DNA of 61,931 nucleotides, filler included, from 7 parts of 7 records of this genome joined end to end with filler, not necessarily neighbours in it; one strand, 5' to 3'. Positions 20,298-29,999 are shown, counted from the first letter of the whole stretch. Numbers and translations are program-made. The notes: generated from the sequence alone by a model not told the origin.

Positions 20298-20324
20298 ACA
20301 CACACACACACACACACACACACA
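20298..20324. repeat. (AC)13 microsatellite inside a truncated upstream intron
   Basis: Perfect dinucleotide run at contig end; on minus strand (TG)n-TTGAC...CACTAG acceptor at 20277. Confidence 0.9.
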
Positions 20325-20424
20325 NNNNNNNNNNNNNNNNNNNNNNNNNNNNNNNNNNNNNNNNNNNNTTAATTAATTAANNNNNNNNNNNNNNNNNNNN
20401 NNNNNNNNNNNNNNNNNNNNNNNN
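20325..20424. other. Artificial contig spacer
   Basis: N44-TTAATTAATTAA-N44. Confidence 0.99.
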
Positions 20425-20459
20425 TGACAAATTCACGCTAATCCGCGATGATCCGGAAA
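20425..20459 (+). repeat. Left copy of 35-bp inverted repeat bounding contig 4
   Basis: TGACAAATTCACGCTAATCCGCGATGATCCGGAAA; 32/35 identical to reverse complement of 44295-44329. Confidence 0.9.
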
Positions 20460-20591
20460 ATTAATCCACATGGGCTACATTGTTTTTTTGAAAAGGGTAA
20501 GGGAGATCCACCCTTTCGGATTTGAAAAAGAGGCTTTTTCCTGCTTAAGAAACTCTTTTTATGGGTTTATATACCGATTGCCTTAACACCC

Positions 20592-21362
20592 TCATGAAGT
20601 TGTGAAATATGAAACCAGTTGATTCAAATGAAGTGTGCCATCAAAATCAAGCTTCTTATTATCTCCTTTTTTCAACAGACCTTCTTCTCCACCCGGATCG
20701 CCAAGGGAGGTCACAACCATATCCGCATCACTCAAATCTTCGTTCTCGGTATAAACATTGGTGGTCGCCACAACGTACAAACCGGCGCCTTTGGCGGCCA
20801 ACACCCCATTTCTGGAATCTTCAATCACCACGCATTGGTCGGGTCTGAGCCCTGTTTTTTCAAGGGCCAGAAGGTATATTTCCGGGTCGGGCTTTTTCCT
20901 CTCAACCACATCTCCGGCAAGGACGAATTCAAATTCAATATCTTGCAGCATTCCCCTTGCGATGGCATTGGCCGACCTTTCGTTGGCGGTGGTACAAACC
21001 CCGAGCCTGACCCCCATATCCATGGCTTCTTTCATTAATCGTTTGACGCCGGTTCTCAAGGGAAGCTTACCGGCCTCTATAAGGGAGATAAAAATTTCGG
21101 TCTTTTTCCCATGCAGATCCTTTATCAAGGCATCTTCCTCAACCTTGTTGAGGTTTTTAAATAAACCCTCATCATGAAAATAATGCCTCATTCTCTCCTT
21201 GCCCCCGGAGATTTGAAGCAATTGGTGGTAACGCTCAACGGTCCATTGAAAATCATATCCAAAGGCCTTGAAAGCCTCATTAAATGCGACCCGGTGACCG
21301 TCCTTTTCGGTATCTATGATGACCCCGTCCTGATCAAAAAAAATCGCTTTCAGTGCACCCAT
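20592..21362 (-). CDS. HAD-IA hydrolase, CbbY-like sugar-phosphate phosphatase
   Basis: FFDQDGVIIDTEKDGHRVAFNEAF, GGKERM, KKPDP, IEDSRNG. Confidence 0.88.
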   Translation of the reverse strand: MGALKAIFFDQDGVIIDTEKDGHRVAFNEAFKAFGYDFQWTVERYHQLLQISGGKERMRHYFHDEGLFKNLNKVEEDALIKDLHGKKTEIFISLIEAGKLPLRTGVKRLMKEAMDMGVRLGVCTTANERSANAIARGMLQDIEFEFVLAGDVVERKKPDPEIYLLALEKTGLRPDQCVVIEDSRNGVLAAKGAGLYVVATTNVYTENEDLSDADMVVTSLGDPGGEEGLLKKGDNKKLDFDGTLHLNQLVSYFTTS

Positions 21363-21417
21363 CCCCGATTCCTCCTAAAGCACCCTTGACCTTAATCGAG
21401 TAACTTTCATCCTTCAC

Positions 21418-22296
21418 CTACCGTGCCTTGCCGGCGCAGCCCAGCAAATCAATCCAATAGTTAATTCTGCCTTTTATGGCTTCCTTGACAGCAATATCGA
21501 TTTTTCCCGGATTGTATTCTTCCCGATGGGAAGCAATATAGTCATAAGAGGTATCAATAAGGGCATGTTTCAAATCGGTGGAAACGTTGAACTTGGAGCC
21601 TCCCAGGGAAACCAGCCTCTTTACCACATCAGGCTGCAAGCCGGTGCCTCCGTGAACAACCAACGGTATCCTCGGTTCATTCCCGTTGATAATTTCCCCG
21701 ATCAATTTCATCCGATCAAAATCGAGCTTGGGATTTTTTGTCTTGTAGACGCCGTGGGCTGTTCCAATGGCGGGGGCAAAAATATCGATGCCCGTATTCT
21801 CCACAAACTCCAGGGCCTGCTCCGGATCACACAAAGCAGCTTCATCCTCAGCCACCTTCACTTGATCCTCAATTCCGGAAACCGTTCCCAACTCACCTTC
21901 CACCGATATGTTTCCAATCCTGTGGCAGTAATCGCTAACCTCTTTGGTTTGCCGGATATTTTCAGCGAAATCCCGTTTGGAGGCGTCGATCATAATGTTG
22001 GTGTATCCTGCGTCGGCGCAGGTCTTACAATATTCAACCTCGGTACAATGGTCCAGGTGGAGACATATGGGAATCGGTGCCGCATCCGCCATGGTCCTGT
22101 AGATGGCCCCGATGATTTCAGGTTTTAGAAATTTGGAAGGGGTCACCGATGTCTGAATGATGAGCGGGGACCTTCTTTCCGTAGCCGCCTCAACAACGGC
22201 CTCCATCTGAATAAGATTGGTGATATTAAAGGCCCCCACCGCATATTTTTCCACAGTTGCCTTTAACAGCATTTCTTTCGCATTTACCAGGGACAT
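21418..22296 (-). CDS. Class II fructose/tagatose-bisphosphate aldolase
   Basis: YAVGAFN, HLDH, MIDAS, EGELG, IGTAHG, VHGGTG. Confidence 0.93.
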   Translation of the reverse strand: MSLVNAKEMLLKATVEKYAVGAFNITNLIQMEAVVEAATERRSPLIIQTSVTPSKFLKPEIIGAIYRTMADAAPIPICLHLDHCTEVEYCKTCADAGYTNIMIDASKRDFAENIRQTKEVSDYCHRIGNISVEGELGTVSGIEDQVKVAEDEAALCDPEQALEFVENTGIDIFAPAIGTAHGVYKTKNPKLDFDRMKLIGEIINGNEPRIPLVVHGGTGLQPDVVKRLVSLGGSKFNVSTDLKHALIDTSYDYIASHREEYNPGKIDIAVKEAIKGRINYWIDLLGCAGKAR

Positions 22297-22344
22297 CCCT
22301 TCCTCCTGTTTTTCAACCGGTTATCAGAACATGAAATGGGTCCA

Positions 22345-23709
22345 TTATTTTCCCATTGCCGCAAGCAGATAAGGCTTCTCAATAAAACTCTTTACCCGTT
22401 TTAAAAAACGTCCCCCATCAGCCCCGTCAATAATGCGGTGGTCAAAGGTAAGGCTCAGGGTCATCCTTTGGCCTGCTCTGATCTCCCCGTTTTCAACCAC
22501 GGCCTTTTCCACAATGGCGCCAACGCCTAAAATTCCGCTTTCAGGGGGATTTACGATGGGCGTAAAAGCCTCCACATCGAGAAATCCAAGGTTCGTCAGG
22601 GTAAAGGTACCCCCCTGAAGATCGTTGGGCATCAGCTTCTTGGATTTTGCCCTCATGGCCAGGTCGTTCACTTCTTCCTGAATGGTGATCACATCTTTCT
22701 TGTTGGCGTCACGAATGACGGGGACAACCAACCCTTCTTCCACATCCACCGCCACACCCAGATTAACGGACTCCCACAACCACATCTCATCTCCAACAAC
22801 GGAGGCATTCATGGTTGGGTGCTCTTCCAGGGCCTTTGCCAATATTTTCACCAAAATGGCGTTATAGGATACCCGAACCTGTTCTTCCTCGGCCCCTGCT
22901 CCCAGGGTTTTCCTGAACCGCACCAGTTCCGCCGCATTCACTTCCATGGTGATGGTCAGTTGTGCGGACTGCTGAAGACTCTGGTGCATTCTTTCAAAGA
23001 TTACCTGTCTGACACCCCGGATCGGAATGACTTCCTTGACCTCTTTGGGGCCTGAAGCTGGAGGTTTTCCGGCGCCTGATTTCTTCTCCGGTCCTGCATC
23101 AACGGCCTTCTGAATGTCTTCCTTAAGGATACGGCCGCCAGGCCCGGTTCCTTTTATCTTTGCCATATCAAGGCCGTGATCTTCAGCCATTTTTTTGGCC
23201 ACGGGGGATATCCTTACCTTCGTATCGGGACCCTCTTCGGCGGCGCGCATAATATCCTTTTCCACAACACGTCCCCCGGGTCCGCTTCCTTCAACGGCTG
23301 AAGGATCAACTCCCATTTTTTCGGCAAGTTTCCTGGCCCTTCCGGATATCTTGAGCTTACGCCCATCTCCGTCTCCCTTATCAGCCAGTTTTTTTCGAAT
23401 ATCGGACACGTCGATCCCTTTGTCCTCTTCATCTTCATCTTTGAGGAATTCGTCCAGATCGACTTTTTCCCCCTGCCCCCCCACGATCCCGATAGTGGAG
23501 AATATTTCCGCCATTTCCCCATCGGTAACAACGATCTTCAAGAGGAAACCATCTGCTGGAGACTCCACCTCAAAGACCACCTTTTCGGTCTCCACCTCGC
23601 ATATGGCTTCACCCTCCTTGACGGCATCACCTTCTGCTTTCAGCCATTTTACAACCCTGCCTTCAGTGATATCCTGCCCAGCCTGGGGCATTATAATCTT
23701 CGTTGCCAT
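22345..23709 (-). CDS. Dihydrolipoamide acyltransferase E2 (AcoC/PdhC-like)
   Basis: Lipoyl domain EVETEK, two E3-binding domains (GSGPGGRV, GTGPGGRI), GTFTLTNLG, DHRIIDG. Confidence 0.93.
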   Translation of the reverse strand: MATKIIMPQAGQDITEGRVVKWLKAEGDAVKEGEAICEVETEKVVFEVESPADGFLLKIVVTDGEMAEIFSTIGIVGGQGEKVDLDEFLKDEDEEDKGIDVSDIRKKLADKGDGDGRKLKISGRARKLAEKMGVDPSAVEGSGPGGRVVEKDIMRAAEEGPDTKVRISPVAKKMAEDHGLDMAKIKGTGPGGRILKEDIQKAVDAGPEKKSGAGKPPASGPKEVKEVIPIRGVRQVIFERMHQSLQQSAQLTITMEVNAAELVRFRKTLGAGAEEEQVRVSYNAILVKILAKALEEHPTMNASVVGDEMWLWESVNLGVAVDVEEGLVVPVIRDANKKDVITIQEEVNDLAMRAKSKKLMPNDLQGGTFTLTNLGFLDVEAFTPIVNPPESGILGVGAIVEKAVVENGEIRAGQRMTLSLTFDHRIIDGADGGRFLKRVKSFIEKPYLLAAMGK

Positions 23710-23760
23710 GTTATATGTTATTCCTCAAAATAATTGTAAAAAAAAACGGATGCAATAAAA

Positions 23761-24732
23761 TTAGGACACCTTGATCACGGCCTCTATAATATCCTCCACC
23801 GATGGAATACAAACCTTTTCCAGCTCAAGATTGTATGGAATGCATGTATCCAGTCCGCAAACACGCGAGACAGGGCCATCCAGGTCGTCATAGGCTTCTT
23901 CCATAATCATGGCCGCGATATCACCCCCGATCCCGCCTCTCTTACAGGCCTCGTGCACAATGATCACATTCCCCGTCTTTCTTGCGGATTCCAGAATGGT
24001 CGCTTCATCTAACGGCTTAAGGGTCCTCAGATCAATCACTTCAACGCTGATGCCCTCTTTTTCCAGAAGTTCCGCGGCCTCAAGGCACTTCAGGGTCATG
24101 TAGGAATAGGTAATAAGGGTCACGTCCTTCCCCTCTTTCTTGATATCCGCCTTGCCCAGGGGTATGGCAAATTCCTCATCGGGGACATCCCCCTTGGTCA
24201 TGTATAACAGCTTGTGCTCCAGAAATATGGTGGGCTGGTTATCCCGTATGGAACTCACCAGCAAGCCGTAGGCATCGTGGGGTGTAGAGGGCATAACGAG
24301 TTTCAGGCCCGGAATATGATAAAACAGCGCTTCCAGGCTCTGGGAGTGTTGGGCCGCCAGACCATTTCCAGCGCCGCCCTGGGTCCTCAAAACCATGGGG
24401 ACTTGCCCCTGGCCGCCCGACATGAATTCATACTTGGCCGCTTGATTGACGATAGCGTCGAAGGGAACGGTTGTAAAATCAACAAACAGGATATCCACGA
24501 TGGGCCTGGTCCCCGCAAGGGCCGCGCCCACGGCGGCGCCGGTAAAGGTCGCCTCGGCCAGAGGCGTATCGATCACCCGTTCGGCGCCAAATTCCTTGAT
24601 GAGTCCTACGGTGACTTGGTAGGATCCTCCACGCGTGCCGATATTTTCTCCCAGAACAAAAACAGTGGGGTCTCTTCTCATTTCTTCAAACAGGGCCCTA
24701 TTCAAAGCCTCCCGATACATCATTTCAGCCAT
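23761..24732 (-). CDS. TPP-dependent dehydrogenase E1 beta (AcoB/PdhB-like)
   Basis: RVIDTPLAE, AAQHSQ, EHKLLY, EVIDLRTL. Confidence 0.93.
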   Translation of the reverse strand: MAEMMYREALNRALFEEMRRDPTVFVLGENIGTRGGSYQVTVGLIKEFGAERVIDTPLAEATFTGAAVGAALAGTRPIVDILFVDFTTVPFDAIVNQAAKYEFMSGGQGQVPMVLRTQGGAGNGLAAQHSQSLEALFYHIPGLKLVMPSTPHDAYGLLVSSIRDNQPTIFLEHKLLYMTKGDVPDEEFAIPLGKADIKKEGKDVTLITYSYMTLKCLEAAELLEKEGISVEVIDLRTLKPLDEATILESARKTGNVIIVHEACKRGGIGGDIAAMIMEEAYDDLDGPVSRVCGLDTCIPYNLELEKVCIPSVEDIIEAVIKVS

Positions 24733-24760
24733 TTTGTTACTCCTTCATTGGTGGTTTTCA

Positions 24761-25759
24761 TCAGTAATTGGGGATGCTTGCCAAAAACTCATCCACCGAT
24801 GGTTGCGGGCTGTTTTTGGCGAACTCGATGGCCTCTGCCAGTTCCTGCTCTACTTTTTCTTCGATCGCTTTCAGCTTCCCTTTGTCCTCGATCTTTTTCC
24901 GCAGGATATCCAGGGGATCCCTTGCTTTCCATGCTGCAAGCACCTCTTGATCCATATAGAGCCCGGGATCATTTACATGGTGACCGCCGTGCCGGTAGGT
25001 ATTGGCTTCAATAAGGGTAGGTCCTTCACCATTAAGGGCCCTTTCCGCGGCGCTCTTGGTTGCATGGTAGACCTCCACCGCGTCGTTTCCGTCCACGCAG
25101 ACACCGGGCATTCCAAAGGCCGGTCCCTTGCAGGCCAAATCGCAGTTCCCAAAGGAACATTCCACCGGCGTGGAAACCGCATAGTGGTTATTTTCCAACA
25201 TGAAAATAACCGGCAGATCAAATGCCGCGGCAAAATTCATTGACTCGGCGAAAACCCCCTGATTGGCAGCCCCGTCACTGAAAAATACCACAACCACCTT
25301 CTTCTCCTTCTTAACCTTAATACCCATGGCGGCCCCGACGGCCAGAGGAATACCGGCGCCAACAATCCCGTTGGCCCCAAGGTTGTTATCCTCTTTGCTG
25401 GAAATGTGCATGGATCCACCCCGACCCTTGCAGTACCCGGCCTCACGCCCCATAATCTCCGCCACCATCCGCTTGAAATCAGCGCCTTTGCTGATGCAAT
25501 GACCGTGGCCCCGGTGGGTGCTCACGATAAAGTCTTCCGCATCTATGGCTTCGCAGACGCCGGCTGCAATGGCCTCCTCCCCCAAATAGGGATGAAGATA
25601 GCCCCGAATGAAGCCTTGTCGATAAAGATCCATGCATTTGAGTTCAAATTGGCGCGTCGCATAGGCGTTGCGATACATCTTTAAGAGAATTTCCTCACTA
25701 ACACCCGGCGAGGGAACCTTCCCTTCTGCGGGTTTTTCTTTCGGTGACTCCTTGGTCAT
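24761..25759 (-). CDS. TPP-dependent dehydrogenase E1 alpha (AcoA/PdhA-like)
   Basis: STHRGHGH, GRGGSMH, GANGIVG, SDGAANQG...ENN TPP motif, YRHGGH. Confidence 0.93.
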   Translation of the reverse strand: MTKESPKEKPAEGKVPSPGVSEEILLKMYRNAYATRQFELKCMDLYRQGFIRGYLHPYLGEEAIAAGVCEAIDAEDFIVSTHRGHGHCISKGADFKRMVAEIMGREAGYCKGRGGSMHISSKEDNNLGANGIVGAGIPLAVGAAMGIKVKKEKKVVVVFFSDGAANQGVFAESMNFAAAFDLPVIFMLENNHYAVSTPVECSFGNCDLACKGPAFGMPGVCVDGNDAVEVYHATKSAAERALNGEGPTLIEANTYRHGGHHVNDPGLYMDQEVLAAWKARDPLDILRKKIEDKGKLKAIEEKVEQELAEAIEFAKNSPQPSVDEFLASIPNY

Positions 25760-25928
25760 ATTTTATCCTCCTCACTCATATTGGTTCGAGCACATCAAAC
25801 TCAATCCACGCACCTTCACAATCGGAACGGGTTAGAGACCGCTGAGCTTTGCGCGCCACCTCACTGGAAGAACAGATCCCGATACCGCGCCAGTTTATAA
25901 CTATCAACATCAACACATCTGGTTTAGT

Positions 25929-25958
25929 ATAATATTACAATGTTACTTTATAGGTCAA
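25929..25958 (-). promoter_or_regulatory. Sigma70 promoter/operator of the E1-E2-aldolase-HAD operon
   Basis: Minus strand TTGACC-N18-TATTAT with TAACATTG-TAATATTA octamers over the -10. Confidence 0.55.
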
Positions 25959-26113
25959 GGAAAAAGTTTTTTGGGGAAAACCCAAAACCGTCCCTTGAAT
26001 TTTTTCAAAACCCAACTGTGTGCCCGTTCATACCTTGCTTTTCAAACCCTGGGTGCCATTTTGGAAAACCGTCCTGCCGGCGTAGACACTTCCGCAAATT
26101 AAGTCGTTTTGAG

Positions 26114-26142
26114 TTGACAATGGCACAATATGTTAATATTAA
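26114..26142 (+). promoter_or_regulatory. Sigma70 promoter/operator of the GntR gene
   Basis: TTGACA-N17-TATTAA with AATATGTTAATATTA. Confidence 0.5.
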
Positions 26143-26227
26143 AAAATCATAATTGTATAAAACGGCATCAAGGGAAGACATGATCAAAAAGGCATCGTGC
26201 TCCTGGACCACAAGACAGGTAATAAAA

Positions 26228-26956
26228 ATGGTTATTGATCAACAGTCAAAAATTCCCCTTTACTACCAATTAAAAGAGGACATTAAAAAAAAGATATTGA
26301 AAGGAGACTTCCAGGAAGGGGATCTTCTACCGTCAGAGCGGGAGTTCAGCGAACGCTACGGCATCTCCTCGACCACCATAAGGCGTGCTCTAAATGACCT
26401 GGTTCATGAAAATTTTCTTGAAAGAAAGGCCGGTAAGGGCACATTCGTGCGAATGGGAAAAGTAAAGCGGGACCTGAGGAAAGTCCTTGGTTTCACCCAG
26501 AACATGAAGGAAATGGGACTCGTTCCTTCAACAAAGGTCTTGCGCAAAAAAGTGATCCCGGCCAATGTTTTTTCAAGAGAAAGGATGGCTCTGAGAAAGG
26601 AATCCAAAGTTTTAAAGCTTGAGCGGTTGCGGTTGGCCAATGATGTCCCTATGATGCTGGAAACCAGGTATATCCGAACCGATCTCTGCCCCGGTATCCA
26701 AAAGGAGGAACTCTCGTCCTCCTTATGGAAGGTGTTTGAAAACGTTTACGGGCATAAGCCTTTCAGGCACGCCCAGAATCTGAGAATTGCAAAAATTTCG
26801 GGCAATTCGGCTTCTTTGCTCGGACTCAAGGAAGACGCGTTGGTTTTTCTCATCAAGGGGGTTACCTACCTCGAAAACAGTGATGCAATCGAATGCGAGG
26901 AATCCCTATATAGAAGTGACAAATACGACCTGGCATTTGAAGCCATCATCAAATAG
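26228..26956 (+). CDS. GntR family (HutC/UTRA) transcriptional regulator
   Basis: PLYYQLK, LPSEREF, TIRRAL, GKGTFV wHTH plus UTRA domain; ATG 26228 preferred to 26153. Confidence 0.93.
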   Translation: MVIDQQSKIPLYYQLKEDIKKKILKGDFQEGDLLPSEREFSERYGISSTTIRRALNDLVHENFLERKAGKGTFVRMGKVKRDLRKVLGFTQNMKEMGLVPSTKVLRKKVIPANVFSRERMALRKESKVLKLERLRLANDVPMMLETRYIRTDLCPGIQKEELSSSLWKVFENVYGHKPFRHAQNLRIAKISGNSASLLGLKEDALVFLIKGVTYLENSDAIECEESLYRSDKYDLAFEAIIK

Positions 26957-26994
26957 GCCTAAAACCGGAACGGTTTACAGCATATTGGTCCTTG

Positions 26995-27027
26995 AAAAAC
27001 CCCGGGGGCTGAGATCCCAGCCCCGGA
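26995..27027 (-). terminator. Hairpin between convergent genes
   Basis: AAAAA-CCCCGGGGGCTG...CAGCCCCGG; U-tract on minus strand. Confidence 0.5.
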
Positions 27028-27051
27028 GCAAATCATGACATGCGCACATCA

Positions 27052-27582
27052 TCACTGACGGCTGTTCTTGACCTTTTCTCCCTCCATCAGTTCCGCTGTC
27101 CACCGCACGCCTTTTCCGACCACGGACGGACACGCCTTGCTGTGTCCCCCCATGGCTTCAAATAGCTGTTTGTCTTCCGAATCAAGCAGACTGAAAGACC
27201 TTCCCATGACCTTTTCCTGAATCTCCGCACATATAATTGTGCCGTATTCGTCAAGGAACCGTTGCGCAAGTTTTTCCCCCAGCCTGAAGGCAACCGCCCT
27301 TTTTTTTCCTGGGTCCGATATTCCGCTCAAATCCCTCCCGTATACCTGACTCAACAACATCACCCCACCGGAAAGTGCTCCGCAATGCCCCTTGCAGGTA
27401 AGGCCCACGCCGCCGCCGAGGCCGCTCGCCGCCCTGAAAACATCCTCATTCCTCAATTCCGGAAAGACCTCATACAATGCCCCGACGGCGCATTGGGCGC
27501 AACCGTGATAGTTCTTTTCATACTCAAAACCGTATTTGAAGGCATCCGCCATTATTTTTTTCATATCATATGCCACATGCAT
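27052..27582 (-). CDS. C-GCAxxG-C-C family putative redox protein
   Basis: GCAQC, GLGGGVG, CGALSGG, GTIICAEI, ACPSVV. Confidence 0.88.
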   Translation of the reverse strand: MHVAYDMKKIMADAFKYGFEYEKNYHGCAQCAVGALYEVFPELRNEDVFRAASGLGGGVGLTCKGHCGALSGGVMLLSQVYGRDLSGISDPGKKRAVAFRLGEKLAQRFLDEYGTIICAEIQEKVMGRSFSLLDSEDKQLFEAMGGHSKACPSVVGKGVRWTAELMEGEKVKNSRQ

Positions 27583-27625
27583 CCCCCTCTTTTACCCGGA
27601 TAAGACGTCAAAAACGCCGGACAGG

Positions 27626-28060
27626 CTAGTTCACCTTCTCGAAAATTTCAATGATGACATTGTCCGGTCCCCTAAAATAGGTGATTTTAGGTCCATTTTC
27701 TCTGGCAACCATGGGCCGCGCATTAAACTCAAAACCGAGTGCCCTTATTCTTTCGTATTCCTTGTCAACATCGTCAACCAGGAATGCCAAGTGAATGAGA
27801 CCCGGTTCATCCTGCCTTGCGTGACCGTCACGTGTTTTTGAATCATCGTTTTTATAATCTAATAATTCAATGCGCATCCCGTTTTTCTTGACAACACTCA
27901 CATCAATATCCGCATCTTCAACGCCGACAATCCCGCTGATTTTTTCACCTTTGTTGTGGGTCCGGTATTCCTCCTCCATGCCCATTACTTGGGTGTAAAA
28001 CCACACCGATTTCTCAAGGTCTCTCACGCCGACGCCCACATGCAAAAATTCTTTGATCAT
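27626..28060 (-). CDS. VOC (glyoxalase / methylmalonyl-CoA epimerase-like) protein
   Basis: HVGVGVRDLEKSVWFY, RIELL, HLAFLVDD, GPDNVIIE. Confidence 0.88.
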   Translation of the reverse strand: MIKEFLHVGVGVRDLEKSVWFYTQVMGMEEEYRTHNKGEKISGIVGVEDADIDVSVVKKNGMRIELLDYKNDDSKTRDGHARQDEPGLIHLAFLVDDVDKEYERIRALGFEFNARPMVARENGPKITYFRGPDNVIIEIFEKVN

Positions 28061-28361
28061 ACTAATCCTCCACTGTAAGGATTTTGGGGAGTCATTCCCG
28101 GAAAATGGATTTTTTCACTGAACAGATCCCACTGGACCCCGCTCAATTTTTTATGTATATATGCCACGAAACCGTGATGCACGAGGCTTCGGAATTGAAT
28201 TTTCCGTTTTTCCAGCTGTCCCAATCCACCGGCAGGGACTCATTGCCCCGACAACGGCAAACCTTCTTCCCGAAACCCGAGGTTTTCCACGGCATCGGGG
28301 CTATTACCAATCCAAAGCATTTGCAGCAACTCTTTTCCCAAATTTCAACCGGAATTATCCC

Positions 28362-28400
28362 TTGACAATTTAGTAACATCATAATATTGTTACATTGTAA
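28362..28400 (+). promoter_or_regulatory. Sigma70 promoter/operator of the ABC-kinase operon
   Basis: TTGACA-N17-TATTGT; tandem TAACATCA-TAATATTG-TTACATTG. Confidence 0.6.
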
Positions 28401-28449
28401 AATTCAAGACAATTCGTAAACCCAGTAATCTTAAAAAGGAGGACATGGA

Positions 28450-29988
28450 ATGGACTTAACTCGACGCGAGGCATTGAAGCGAATCGGTCTCGGAGGCATG
28501 GTGCTGGTAGGGGGTACAATTGTGAAATCACCTTTGACAAAATTGCAATTGGCCCATGCATCGGACGATCAGAAATGGAAACAGTTTTCCGGCTCCAAAA
28601 TCGTGTTTATGTCCGAGGACACACCGCCCACTGCGGCCATTAAGTCCAAGGTCAAAGGGTTTACGGATCTAACCGGCATCCAGATCGAGATCATCGAAGA
28701 ACATCTGGATACCGTGGCGGAAAAAGTGGGGATCGACGTTAGGGGAAGAAAAGGGGCCTACGCCTGTTTCTATTCCCAGGACAAACCCATCGGCGCCCCC
28801 TTTTACAAGCATGCCTCGGACCTTCGCACTTTCGAGAAGGACCAGAGCCTGCCCAAGGTCCCCAAAGGGGTTGGGGACGATGTTTGGCTGAACCGCTTTC
28901 TGGACATCACCGGTCGTTTTTTCGGCGACCCCAAAATCGCGGCCTACCCATATGATAACGCCGTGGCGGTCATGATGTACCGGAAAGACCTGTTTGAAAA
29001 ATACTCCCCGAATTTTGAAGCCGAATACGGAAAGCCCCTGGTGTATACCAAGGACACCACCTGGAAGGACGTGCTGGATATCTGTAAGTTTTTCAAAAAG
29101 GCCAACTTTCCTGACGTGAAATACGGCATTGCACTTCAGGGACGGGAAGGCTGGGGCGGCCAACTGGACTACCAGCGGGTCTCCTACGCCAACGGCATGT
29201 GGCTTGAATGGGATTTCGATGACTACTTCGGCAGCAACCGGCCCGGTCCCTGCAAATGGGGGGACGAACAGTCCATCATGACCATGACCAACTACAAGGA
29301 ACTCATGAAGTACGCCCACCCCGACTCCCTCACCAACGACTGGTCGGGGGCCAACACCGCCTATATTACCGGACTTGCGGCCATGCAGCCCCAGTACGGA
29401 GAGTTCGCGGCGGTGGTGGAAGACCCCAGACAGTCCAAGGCCGCCGGCGGACGTACCGCCTACGCCCTCTGCCCCAAGGGGGATCCCGATTGGATCGTGG
29501 GTAACGGCAAAGCCGTCAACGGCACCAACTGCGGTATCGGCGGTATCGCCATCAACCGCTGGGCCAAACCGGACCTGCAAAAGGCGGCCTATCTTTTCGC
29601 CCTCTGGTCCACCTCCCACGACACCCAGTATATGGTTTTAAGGGATGTGGGCGGGACCCCCACGCGGAAATCTGTTTTTGAAATGCCGGATGTCAAAAAG
29701 GCATTTGAACGGAAAACCGCTCCCATGAAGAAACTGGCCAAGCCGGTGGAGATGGAAAAGGGTGTGACTGTGAATGAAGTCCCCCTGATGCCCAATGCCC
29801 TGACCTACGGACCCATCCTGGAGAGTATCTGGAAACCCCAGTTCGTGGTGGGACCCAAGGTTGTGAAGTTCAACGAGTACATCCAGATTCAGACATCGGA
29901 AATCCATAAGTGCGTCAGCGACATCAAGTCTCCTAAAGAAGCGTGCATGGATATTAAGAAGAAGACCGACCGCCTCTATCGCGTTTAA
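28450..29988 (+). CDS. Sugar ABC transporter solute-binding protein, Tat signal
   Basis: AGGAGG RBS; LTRREALK twin-arginine signal; MYRKDLFEK, TW.D; heads a CUT1 permease/ATPase operon. Confidence 0.9.
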   Translation: MDLTRREALKRIGLGGMVLVGGTIVKSPLTKLQLAHASDDQKWKQFSGSKIVFMSEDTPPTAAIKSKVKGFTDLTGIQIEIIEEHLDTVAEKVGIDVRGRKGAYACFYSQDKPIGAPFYKHASDLRTFEKDQSLPKVPKGVGDDVWLNRFLDITGRFFGDPKIAAYPYDNAVAVMMYRKDLFEKYSPNFEAEYGKPLVYTKDTTWKDVLDICKFFKKANFPDVKYGIALQGREGWGGQLDYQRVSYANGMWLEWDFDDYFGSNRPGPCKWGDEQSIMTMTNYKELMKYAHPDSLTNDWSGANTAYITGLAAMQPQYGEFAAVVEDPRQSKAAGGRTAYALCPKGDPDWIVGNGKAVNGTNCGIGGIAINRWAKPDLQKAAYLFALWSTSHDTQYMVLRDVGGTPTRKSVFEMPDVKKAFERKTAPMKKLAKPVEMEKGVTVNEVPLMPNALTYGPILESIWKPQFVVGPKVVKFNEYIQIQTSEIHKCVSDIKSPKEACMDIKKKTDRLYRV

Positions 29989-29999
29989 ACTCCTTTTCC

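Noticed and set aside
14720-20324. Contig 3 as a frameshifted bacterial pseudogene, or as recoded/programmed-frameshift gene
   Set aside because: Each break has extra non-coding sequence of uniform length bounded by GT/GC..AG with branch motifs, and removal restores frame and motifs ten times out of ten.
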